NCBI RefSeq assembly: GCF_000009045.1
Contig: NC_000964.3
Coordinates: 4,183,607 to 4,215,606, forward strand
Direction of reading: 5' to 3'
Source: Bacillus subtilis subsp. subtilis str. 168
Lineage (GTDB): Bacteria; Bacillota; Bacilli; Bacillales; Bacillaceae
Length of the DNA stretch: 32,000 bases
Below, piece by piece: positions 1 through 7,591 of this stretch (position 1 is its first letter; the number at the start of each line of letters is the position of its first letter). Under the pieces are notes generated by a model. It was not told where the DNA came from, did no database searches, and saw nothing but the letters and a program-made list of their open reading frames with translations. The position numbers and the translations under genes were made by a program.

Positions 1-291
1 TACCTTTTTCCCTTTCTCAGTCGGGAACAGTTTTTTTATTTTTTTATTTTGCTCATCCGGCAGTTTTTGAATAAATCCCTGCATTTCCAGCTTCTTAATG
101 GCCCGCGCGGCCGTTGTCCGGTCCACTTTTATCATTTCCGCCAATTTTTCTTGAATAATTCCCGGATTTTCGTATATACGCACGAGATAGAGATACTGCC
201 CTCTTGTTAAGTCTAAATCTTTAAATTCGATGTTGCTTATGGAATCCAACGCTCTTGCTATCATGCCGATCTCACGCAAAATATCATTCAT
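1..291 (-). CDS. yybA: MarR-family transcriptional regulator, truncated by the window edge (N-terminal part MNDILREIGMIARALDSISNIEFKDLDLTRGQYLYLVRIYENPG...)
   Basis: Open minus-strand frame translated by hand from 291 to 1; winged-helix sequence QEKLAEMIKVDRTTAARAIKKLEMQGFI is typical of MarR proteins; divergent from yyaT. Confidence 0.8.
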   Translation of the reverse strand, partial: MNDILREIGMIARALDSISNIEFKDLDLTRGQYLYLVRIYENPGIIQEKLAEMIKVDRTTAARAIKKLEMQGFIQKLPDEQNKKIKKLFPTEKGKKV

Positions 292-311
292 TCCTAAAAC
301 CCCTCACGTAT

Positions 312-333
312 TTTTGTTGCAATTACAACAAAA
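312..333. promoter_or_regulatory. Near-perfect palindrome TTTTGTTGCAATTACAACAAAA, probable MarR-type operator between yybA and yyaT
   Basis: Symmetric except for one base pair on each side of the central AATT; lies just upstream of the regulator start codon. Confidence 0.55.
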
Positions 334-410
334 ATGTTTTAACCTTACTATTATAAGACCACATGCGTGCTGTACAGTCCAGACTAATATCAGAAAAGGA
401 TTGATTCATA

Positions 411-857
411 ATGAATATAAAAAGAATAACAACTGAAGCTGATTTACATGAAGCTTTAAAGATTAGAAGAGGCGTTTTCATTGAGGAGCAACATGTGTCT
501 GAAGCCGATGAGTTCGATGAATTTGATACGCTTCAGGAACAATGCCAGCATATCTTGGTATATCATGAGAATCAGCCTGTCGGCACCGGACGCGCGCGCA
601 TCGTTGGCCATACAGCAAAGCTGGAAAGAATCTGCATCCTAAAACCTTACCGTAAGTACGGATTGGGGAAGATCATCGTAAGCGGGTTAGAGGAAATCAT
701 GAAAGAAAAAGGACTGACTTCATATAAGCTGCATGGTCAAACACAAGCGGCAGGCTTTTATCAAAAACTGGGCTACCAGATTTCTTCACAGGAATTTATG
801 GAGGACGGCATCCCTCACGTCTTGATGACAAAAGAAATATCGCGGAATATAACATGA
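411..857 (+). CDS. yyaT: GNAT family N-acetyltransferase
   Basis: 148 aa ORF with acetyl-CoA binding region LERICILKPYRKYGLGKIIVSGLEE; also GFYQKLGYQ. Confidence 0.9.
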   Translation: MNIKRITTEADLHEALKIRRGVFIEEQHVSEADEFDEFDTLQEQCQHILVYHENQPVGTGRARIVGHTAKLERICILKPYRKYGLGKIIVSGLEEIMKEKGLTSYKLHGQTQAAGFYQKLGYQISSQEFMEDGIPHVLMTKEISRNIT

Positions 858-1459
858 AATATATGTATTACGGAATAGGCATACTCATATTAAGTTTGGG
901 CATTTCCTTAACCATACAATCAGGACTGGGCACATCACCCTTCGATGCCCTTTTGGTTGGTCTGTCAAAAAAAATCGGTCTTACCGTAGGAAGCTGGGAG
1001 GTCCTTATTTCTGTGATCCTCTTAATCTGCAACGCTATATTAACGAGAAAAAAACCTATTTTGCTGGGCTTGATTACAGCATTCATTACTGGAATAGGCA
1101 TTGACCTATGGTTGTTTGTTGTAAAAAACACCATCTATCTAAACTCGTTGTTAAGCAAACTGATTTGTTTTGGAATTGGTTTGGTGCTCATCGGTCTTGG
1201 AACAGCCATCTATCTTCAGACGAAATTCGCATCAACACCGATCGATCATTTAACACTTATTATCCGAGATCTCTCCAAAAGAACAATATTGTTTTCAAGG
1301 ACATTGGTATACGCTCTTTTCTTAGTATTAGCCATCATCTTTAAAGGCCCTATCGGCATCGGAACTCTTTTAACGGTTTGTTTGGGAGGAATGCTCCTTC
1401 ACGTTTTTATGCCTATTGTGGAAAGACATTTCTTATCAAAGAATAGAAGAGGTTATTAA
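854..1459 (+). CDS. yyaS: YczE/YitT-like integral membrane protein
   Basis: 201 aa hydrophobic ORF; start overlaps the end of yyaT (ATGA-type coupling). Confidence 0.85.
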   Translation: MKYMYYGIGILILSLGISLTIQSGLGTSPFDALLVGLSKKIGLTVGSWEVLISVILLICNAILTRKKPILLGLITAFITGIGIDLWLFVVKNTIYLNSLLSKLICFGIGLVLIGLGTAIYLQTKFASTPIDHLTLIIRDLSKRTILFSRTLVYALFLVLAIIFKGPIGIGTLLTVCLGGMLLHVFMPIVERHFLSKNRRGY

Positions 1460-1470
1460 GAAACCTCTTC
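1446..1470 (+). repeat. Inverted repeat GAAGAGGTT...AACCTCTTC spanning the yyaS stop codon, possible weak terminator
   Basis: 9-bp perfect stem, no T-tract. Confidence 0.35.
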
Positions 1471-1477
1471 TCGATCC

Positions 1478-1520
1478 AAAAAACGAAACGCAAAACAAGC
1501 CCCGTTTCGTTGTCAATTCT
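1478..1520 (+). pseudogene. Probable relic of the yyaL 5' region (codons around [13 protein letters not shown])
   Basis: AAAAAaCGAAACGC-AAAACAAGCC matches the 3810 copy AAAAAgCGAAACGCgAAAACAAGCC at 23 of 25 aligned positions; the following ~17 nt show weaker similarity. Confidence 0.5.
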
Positions 1521-1553
1521 TTATCTCTGGTACTGTTGAGGTTTTATAATCAA

Positions 1554-2090
1554 TTAAAATTTATAGTACCAAAAAATCGCAATTTCATTTGCTGTTGGAA
1601 AGTTGGAATAAAGCATCGTATCAACCGCACCTATTATAAAGTGATGTTTGGCATAAAAATGACAAGCTGAAATATTAATATCTTGGGTTTCAAGCATAAG
1701 ACCACAAAAATGATTCTCCTTTGCCCACTCAATCGCTTTATGTAATAATGCTGTTCCAACACCTTTTTTTCTATAGTCTTTTGCCACGGCAATGTCCTCT
1801 ATTAGTGCATACCCATTCCAGTTAGAACGGATCTTAATCCGGCCAATGCAGTTGTTTTCAAGATAATATAAAAAAGCCGCTTTCCCCTCTTCTTCAACAT
1901 AACTAACATCCATGTCATCATCTTCATATTGTTTAAAATAAGGTTTAGAAAATCGTTCCTCAGTATATGTCCAAACACCGTTTTCAAAAGCAGGTATCAT
2001 TCTCCCAAAAACAACGAAAGGTTCGTTTGGTTTATTGAAATCTTTCATATTCAAATGAGTCATTTTCATGATCATATCAATCTCCGCCAA
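1554..2090 (-). CDS. yyaR: GNAT acetyltransferase, streptothricin acetyltransferase-like
   Basis: 178 aa ORF with IEDIAVAKDYRKKGVGTALLHKAIEWAKENHFCGLMLETQDINISACHFYAKHHFIIG, the Sat family pattern. The true start may be the internal MIMKMTHLN or MTHLN. Confidence 0.85.
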   Translation of the reverse strand: MAEIDMIMKMTHLNMKDFNKPNEPFVVFGRMIPAFENGVWTYTEERFSKPYFKQYEDDDMDVSYVEEEGKAAFLYYLENNCIGRIKIRSNWNGYALIEDIAVAKDYRKKGVGTALLHKAIEWAKENHFCGLMLETQDINISACHFYAKHHFIIGAVDTMLYSNFPTANEIAIFWYYKF

Positions 2091-2261
2091 TCGAGATAAT
2101 ATTTAGTAAACTCGTTTCGATACTATTCAACAACAGCTTCCAAAAGTGTACTCTTTAAGAGAACAGCATTAGATAAGGCATCCATTACCTTATATATTTC
2201 ACTATCTTAATGAGGTATTTCAACAGAGGCTTGTGGTACAGTAAAAAGGAATAGAAACAAG

Positions 2262-2374
2262 AGAAAAGAAGATGAACCTATGCCCACTAACAATAAACTC
2301 AATGAGAAATATCATACTTCCTTCAACTCGCCCACAACCCTGTTGACTAGTATCCGTGGAGAGAGGAAGCTTTG
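2262..2374 (+). pseudogene. Degenerate copy of the yyaL 5' end (ATG at 2280)
   Basis: atgcccactaacaataaactcaat...cttcaactcgcccacaaccctgttgactagtatccgtggagagaggaagcttt aligns with yyaL codons 1-36 with internal deletions and in-frame stops; closest to the 3810 copy. Confidence 0.8.
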
Positions 2375-2485
2375 ACACAGCTTCTGCCATTGATGACATC
2401 TCTATTGAAGTATCCAAAGGACAACCAAGGATCGCTCTTTGACTTTTTCAAGAAGAAAGTAGAGTGAATAAAGGAGTGATTGAGT

Positions 2486-2842
2486 ATGTTAACAAGAGAA
2501 GATATCTTTAAACACGTCAAAGAAAAATACGGTACATCGCCTGATTACCCGTGGGAGAAATACCCAAACTATGCTTCTTTGAGACATACATCAAACAAAA
2601 AATGGTACGGTCTTATCATGAATGTTCTCCCAGAAAAATTAGGCTTGGATGGTCATGGCGAAATAGATATTCTAAATCTAAAATGTCCCCCTGAAATAAG
2701 TGATCGCTTAAGAAACGGGGAAAATATCTTACCCGGATATCATATGGATAAGGAACATTGGATTTCAATTGTTTTAGAACGGACAGATCCAGAAGGCGAA
2801 ATCTATAACTTAATCGAGCAGAGCTTTCATTTAACCAAGTGA
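2486..2842 (+). CDS. yyaQ: MmcQ/YjbR family protein
   Basis: ORF 2480..2842; MLTREDIFKHVKEKYGTSPDYPWEKYPNYASLRHTSNKKWYGLIMNV is the family signature. Confidence 0.85.
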   Translation: MLTREDIFKHVKEKYGTSPDYPWEKYPNYASLRHTSNKKWYGLIMNVLPEKLGLDGHGEIDILNLKCPPEISDRLRNGENILPGYHMDKEHWISIVLERTDPEGEIYNLIEQSFHLTK

Positions 2843-3001
2843 AGATAAAGAGTGTTCCTGCTAATCAAGCTGCGAAGAGTAGTGGGCACTTTCATTTTAG
2901 GATACTGTTCTTCACTCTGTCCACAAACGCAACTTAGTTCATCTGGTGCGAGAGTGGGAGAAGAATTTCAACCAACTTCTTATGTAAAAGGATGAATAGT
3001 T

Positions 3002-3568
3002 ATGACAAATAACTTAAAACAGAGAAGAATCATTTTAGATTTAGCAGTTACTTTAGATGGTTTTATTGAAGGGAAAAATGGAGAAGTTGATTGGTGTATT
3101 ATGGACCCTGATATGGGGTTTACTGATTTTTTAAATCAAATTGATACTATTTTATATGGTAGAAAAAGCTTCGATTTATGGGGACAATACATTCCAAAAA
3201 ATGAAGACCCTGATACAGAAAAGGAACTTTGGAAATTGGTTCATAGTAAAAAGAAATATGTTTTTTCCAGAACACAAAATGAGATTGATAATCAAGCCAT
3301 ATTTATAAATGATAATATTCTTGAAGAAGTAAATAAATTGAAGAAAAATCCTGGTAAAGACATCTGGCTATATGGTGGAGCGAGTCTCATTACAACTTTT
3401 ATAAATTTGGGGCTTGTTGATGAATTTAGATTATCTATTCACCCTGTTGTTTTGGGAGAAGGAAAACCGTTGTTTATTGATGTAAAACAGAGGATAAATT
3501 TAAAAATGGTGAATACAAGAACATTTTCCTCTGGCGTTGTGCAAATCGTTTATCATTGGAATGGCTAA
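3002..3568 (+). CDS. yyaP: Dihydrofolate reductase-like / RibD C-terminal domain protein
   Basis: 188 aa ORF; LDLAVTLDGFIEGKNGEVDW...LYGRKSFDLW...IWLYGGASLITTFINLGLVDEFRLSIHPVVLGEGKPLF. Confidence 0.9.
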   Translation: MTNNLKQRRIILDLAVTLDGFIEGKNGEVDWCIMDPDMGFTDFLNQIDTILYGRKSFDLWGQYIPKNEDPDTEKELWKLVHSKKKYVFSRTQNEIDNQAIFINDNILEEVNKLKKNPGKDIWLYGGASLITTFINLGLVDEFRLSIHPVVLGEGKPLFIDVKQRINLKMVNTRTFSSGVVQIVYHWNG

Positions 3569-3795
3569 CATTGTAAAGTAACACTCGACAGTAATCCTTC
3601 TTATTGAACTAAAGGGGAATCCATAAATAATGGGTTCCCCTTAATATACTATGGAATTATCAATATCAAATTTTCTGTAATAAAAGAGGATTGAAAAGGA
3701 CGATGTCTCCTCAATTAACATCATTAAGCATTATAGTATATTTTCTTCTCCCTCTTTTAAGTAATCGGCTAAGTTTTGTATTTATAAAAAAACGA

Positions 3796-3970
3796 AAGAA
3801 GGTGATCCAATGCCTACTAACAATAAACCCAATAGATTAATCGCTGAGAAATCTACTTATTTTACTTCAACATGCTCATAACCCTGTGGACTGGTTCCCT
3901 TGGGGAGAAGAAGCATATGAAAAAGCGAAACGCGAAAACAAGCCTGTTCTCGTATCTATTGGGTATAGCT
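3796..3970 (+). pseudogene. Frameshifted copy of the yyaL 5' end with its RBS (ATG 3810)
   Basis: [15 protein letters not shown](T)Y, then a 1-nt insertion, then [31 protein letters not shown] followed by a stop. About 82% nt identity to yyaL over 53 codons. Confidence 0.93.
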
Positions 3971-4023
3971 AACGATGGCTAATCTAAAGAACATGCTATT
4001 GATGCCATGTTTATTCATTTTAC

Positions 4024-4067
4024 AAAAAAGGATCAACCTTGAATTACTTTCACAAGATTGATCCTTT
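4024..4067 (-). terminator. Rho-independent terminator of tet(L)
   Basis: 12-bp stem GGATCAACCTTG (4030-4041) / CAAGATTGATCC (4053-4064) followed by a U-tract on the minus strand. Confidence 0.85.
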
Positions 4068-4074
4068 CACTCAT

Positions 4075-5451
4075 TTAGCCATGTCTCCGCGAACGTTTAT
4101 ATACATTCAAGATTACTAGCCAACAAATAACAATGATTCCTGCAAAAAGTATGAGCATATTGCTATACAAATAGGTAGAGTGATCAACGTCAATAGGCAG
4201 CAGCCTATGATCTAGGAAGCCGATAGATAATAAACCGCCTACAATCGCAATACCCGTTCCCTCTGATAAAAAGCTCGTGAAATTAAGCAAACTCATTCCA
4301 GCGCCCGCTTCCTTTTCTTTCAAACTGCTAGACACAACTGTAGATATAACTGTTTTTGTGAAAGATAGCCCCCCAAAAACAAAAATTACTATAATTGTCA
4401 TGATCCATGGTGCTGCATCTATAAAAAAGGCAGCGATTAAAAAGCCGGAAGAAAGCAATGCACTTCCAATAGTTAGTACATACAAGGAACCTTTCCGATC
4501 AACAAGCAATCCCCCAATGTAACCAAAGATGATGACACTCATTGTTCCGGGGAAAATAATGCCGCTTCCAATTGCTGCAGTACTTAAATGGTGAACATCT
4601 TTCATCATGTAAGGAACCATAGAGACAAATCCTGCTACTGTACCAAATATTAGTCCTCCGCAAAGGGTTCCAATCACAAAAAAGACGTTTTTCCCTAATT
4701 CAGGGTCAACAAAAGGGTCCTGAGCTTTCCTAATGTGTTGCACAAATATGAAGAAAGCAAGGATACTGATGATCAGAAAAGAAAATCTATAAGATGTTGT
4801 AAACAGCATAAAAAATACGATACCTGCAGACATCAATATAATCCCTGCCATATCAATGTGTCCTCTTATTCTCTCTTCCTTTTTCAACAATTTTATAAGG
4901 AATGGAACGGTGATAATTGTTGCAGTTGGAATAAGCAGCAAATACGACCAATGGATATAATGAGCAACCATTCCGCCAATAGCTGGCCCAACACCTTCTC
5001 CCATTGCTACCAGGGACCCGATCAGGCCAAATGCTTTCCCCCTGTTCTCTTTTGGAATATAGCGCGCAACGACAACCATCACAAGAGCTGGGAATGCGGC
5101 TGCACCAATTCCTTGAATAAATCGGGCTAGAATGAGAATAGGAAAGAAAGAGTGTCCAACAAATCCAATGATCGACCCTAAGCCATTTACCATAATCCCA
5201 AATAGAAGCAGATTTTTGATGCCCAGCTGGTCTGATAGCTTTCCATATAGAGCTGTTCCAATGGAGAAGGTTAACATAAAGGCTGTATTCACCCAGTTTG
5301 CACTTGCTGGCAGTTTATTAAACTCGTTGGCAATATCAGGTAATGAGACGTTCAGAACCATTTCATTTAATACGCTGAAAAATGATAGAACACAAAGCCA
5401 AATCAAAACTTGATTGTGCCGTAAAGTTGACTGTGAATAAGACGTATTCAC
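4075..5451 (-). CDS. tetB (tet(L)): Tetracycline efflux MFS transporter Tet(L)
   Basis: 458 aa [80 protein letters not shown], recognised as the Tet(L) sequence. Confidence 0.96.
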   Translation of the reverse strand: MNTSYSQSTLRHNQVLIWLCVLSFFSVLNEMVLNVSLPDIANEFNKLPASANWVNTAFMLTFSIGTALYGKLSDQLGIKNLLLFGIMVNGLGSIIGFVGHSFFPILILARFIQGIGAAAFPALVMVVVARYIPKENRGKAFGLIGSLVAMGEGVGPAIGGMVAHYIHWSYLLLIPTATIITVPFLIKLLKKEERIRGHIDMAGIILMSAGIVFFMLFTTSYRFSFLIISILAFFIFVQHIRKAQDPFVDPELGKNVFFVIGTLCGGLIFGTVAGFVSMVPYMMKDVHHLSTAAIGSGIIFPGTMSVIIFGYIGGLLVDRKGSLYVLTIGSALLSSGFLIAAFFIDAAPWIMTIIVIFVFGGLSFTKTVISTVVSSSLKEKEAGAGMSLLNFTSFLSEGTGIAIVGGLLSIGFLDHRLLPIDVDHSTYLYSNMLILFAGIIVICWLVILNVYKRSRRHG

Positions 5452-5484
5452 AATTTCCCCTCCATTAATGAGGGCAGACGCAGT

Positions 5485-5547
5485 TTATAGGGTCATTGAT
5501 ACGCTTCCCTCTTTTAATTGTACCCTGTTCATTTTATTGCACTTCAT
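5485..5547 (-). CDS. tetL leader: tet(L) leader peptide MKCNKMNRVQLKEGSVSMTL
   Basis: 20-codon ORF preceded by GGGGGAG, directly upstream of tet(L); matches the known regulatory leader peptide. Confidence 0.92.
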   Translation of the reverse strand: MKCNKMNRVQLKEGSVSMTL

Positions 5548-5782
5548 AATAACTCCCCCTACATTTGATTGATATGATCTTATTATATATAGACTAAGGA
5601 TTAAACTTTTACTTTTTTTATAAAAATTTGACCAGATTGCGAAACAAGGAAAAACGTTATTCGCATTTATCTCAAGTGGCAAAATGAAACATTAGTTTAT
5701 ATTTTCACATCACAATTATCGATAAGCAGTCAGTTATTGTATTTGTTTAGGATAACTGTGGTAACCTGAATATAACCAACTT

Positions 5783-5975
5783 AGGAAGAAGGTGATCCCA
5801 TGCCAAATAAAAGTAAACCCAATAGATTAATCGCTGAAAAGTCTCCTTATTTACTCCAACACGCCCACAACCCTGTGGACTGGTTCCCGTGGGGAGAAGA
5901 AGCATTTGCAAAAGCAAAACGCGAAAACAAGCCGGTTCTGGTCAGCATCGGTTATTCGACGACTTGTCATTGGTG
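5783..5975 (+). pseudogene. Near-intact copy of the yyaL 5' end and its RBS
   Basis: taggaagaaggtgatcccatgccaaa... about 94% identical to 7575-7770 (9 differences in the first 53 codons); homology stops at TGTCATTGGTG. Confidence 0.95.
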
Positions 5976-6039
5976 GCCTGGGATAATCAAATCGTGTGGA
6001 ACTCCATTAAAAGATAACAGAAGCCATTTTAAACGATAA
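5800..6039 (+). CDS. yyaO: ORF annotated as YyaO in B. subtilis; N-terminal 58-60 codons of YyaL fused to about 20 unrelated codons, probably a non-functional remnant
   Basis: [79 protein letters not shown]. Confidence 0.6.
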
Positions 6040-6087
6040 TACTATTTGTTCAAACAATACAGTCTACCTTTTATTTCATTCATTTTC

Positions 6088-6127
6088 TAAAACCTGTAAT
6101 CCGTAACCACGCGGTAGCAGGTTTTTT
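6088..6127 (+). terminator. Terminator AAACCTG...CAGGTTTTTTT downstream of the yyaO fragment
   Basis: 7-bp outer stem (6090-6096 / 6118-6124), inner CCG/CGG pairing and T-tract. Confidence 0.7.
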
Positions 6128-6134
6128 TATTTGC

Positions 6135-6165
6135 TTGACTTAGAGTTAACTCTAAATTGTAAACT
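6135..6165 (+). promoter_or_regulatory. MerR-type promoter/operator: TTGACT - 19 bp - TAAACT with dyad TTAGAGTTAACTCTAA (6140-6155)
   Basis: Over-long 19-bp spacer containing a perfect 16-nt palindrome, upstream of a merR-family gene. Confidence 0.8.
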
Positions 6166-6189
6166 AACTTTAATTAAATGAGAGGGATG

Positions 6190-6606
6190 ATGTTGTTGTA
6201 TTCCATTAGTAAAGCTGCTGAGAAGACTAGTATTAGTTCGTATACATTAAGATATTACGAAAAGATTGGGTTACTTCCACCACCAAAACGAAAAAACAGT
6301 GGAAGGCGTTTTTATACGGAGACTGATATTCAGTTCATGTTATTCCTGAAAAGTTTAAAGGAAACAGGTATGTCTTTGGAGGATATTAATGAGTTTGTCA
6401 AAGACGGATGCATTTTGGAAAAAATCAATTCGGATGTTAAATCGGCACAACTCTCCCCATCTATAAATAAACGTATTGAGATTTTAACCAAGCACTTAGA
6501 GAAAATGGAAATTAAAAAAAGGGAGCTGGAAGAAGTGATTTCTACTACAAAAGGAAAACTGGATACATATTATTCAATTTTGAAAGAGGAAGTGGAAAAC
6601 AAATGA
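6190..6606 (+). CDS. yyaN: MerR family transcriptional regulator
   Basis: ORF 6178..6606; YSISKAAEKTSISSYTLRYYEKIGLLPPPKRKNSGRRFYTETDIQFMLFLKSLKETGMSLEDI. Confidence 0.9.
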   Translation: MLLYSISKAAEKTSISSYTLRYYEKIGLLPPPKRKNSGRRFYTETDIQFMLFLKSLKETGMSLEDINEFVKDGCILEKINSDVKSAQLSPSINKRIEILTKHLEKMEIKKRELEEVISTTKGKLDTYYSILKEEVENK

Positions 6607-7520
6607 AACATTTAAATATATACATAATGTTACTTGGCTTCTCTATTTTCACGGGAGCTACTTTTAATCTTGCAAAATATACAGTTGGATATTTTTCTCC
6701 ATCGTCTTCTGCGGCATGGCGTTTCGGTTTAGCGGCTGCAGTGATGCTCATCATTTTGATTTTTACTGAAGGTATAAAGAAGAGTCAATTACGGAAAAAC
6801 GCCGTTTCATACATTGTTCTTGGAATTATAGGAATCTTTGGATTTAATGCCTTGTTTTTTGTTGGTTTAAAATATACATCTCCCGTTAACGGAGCATTAA
6901 TAATGGGGCTGAATCCTTTATTAACAGCAATTCTCGCTCGAATTATCTTAAAGGACAACATGACAAAAAAACAAGTACTCGGCATATTCTTTGCATTCAT
7001 CGGTGTATTGTTAGTCATTACACAAGGTTCTATCGAAACCATTAAAACCTTATCAATTTCAGGAGGAGACTTAATAATCTTTACAGGTAACGTTTGTTGG
7101 GCACTTTATGGCGTACTTGGACGTCGGTTTGTAAAGGATGGTACACCGCTATCTACAACCACTTATACGATGGTTATTGGTGCTGTTAGTTTAATAGTAG
7201 TTTCCTTATTTACATCCAAACCTGTTTCTTTATCGAACATCCCGATTGGAGTTTGGGGGGCAATTGCTTTTATGGCTTTTTTTACAAGTGTTTTGGGTTA
7301 CCTATGGTGGAATCAGGGGATTAAAGAGATTGGAGCTAGTAAAACATCTTTATTTTTCAACCTTGTTCCCGTTGTAACGATGATTATTTCATTTGCCGTT
7401 GGAACACCAATAAAGGTATTTCAAGTTATTGGGGCTGTGCTAGTTATATTAGGCGTTTTAACCGCTTCGGGGGTAATACGTATTCCTAAGTACAATACTA
7501 AAGAACAGTCAGCTATATAA
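6603..7520 (+). CDS. yyaM: EamA/DMT family transporter
   Basis: 305 aa hydrophobic ORF translationally coupled to yyaN; GALIMGLNPLLTAILARIILKD... and NPVVT-like repeat half. Confidence 0.9.
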   Translation: MKHLNIYIMLLGFSIFTGATFNLAKYTVGYFSPSSSAAWRFGLAAAVMLIILIFTEGIKKSQLRKNAVSYIVLGIIGIFGFNALFFVGLKYTSPVNGALIMGLNPLLTAILARIILKDNMTKKQVLGIFFAFIGVLLVITQGSIETIKTLSISGGDLIIFTGNVCWALYGVLGRRFVKDGTPLSTTTYTMVIGAVSLIVVSLFTSKPVSLSNIPIGVWGAIAFMAFFTSVLGYLWWNQGIKEIGASKTSLFFNLVPVVTMIISFAVGTPIKVFQVIGAVLVILGVLTASGVIRIPKYNTKEQSAI

Positions 7521-7591
7521 AGAAATAGGGAGTATTTTTGAGAAAATGTGTTAAGTTAAATATACACTAATTATAGGAAGAAGGTGATCCC

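Noticed and set aside
230-436. ORF 230..436 (+)
   Set aside because: Antisense to the yybA start and overlapping its regulatory palindrome; low-complexity tail, no recognisable family.
2220-2417. ORF 2220..2417 (-)
   Set aside because: Antisense to the degenerate yyaL copy at 2280; no family resemblance.
4277-5413. Plus-strand ORFs 4277..4522, 4735..5130 and 5132..5413
   Set aside because: Antisense shadows of tet(L); compositionally odd, no recognisable domain.
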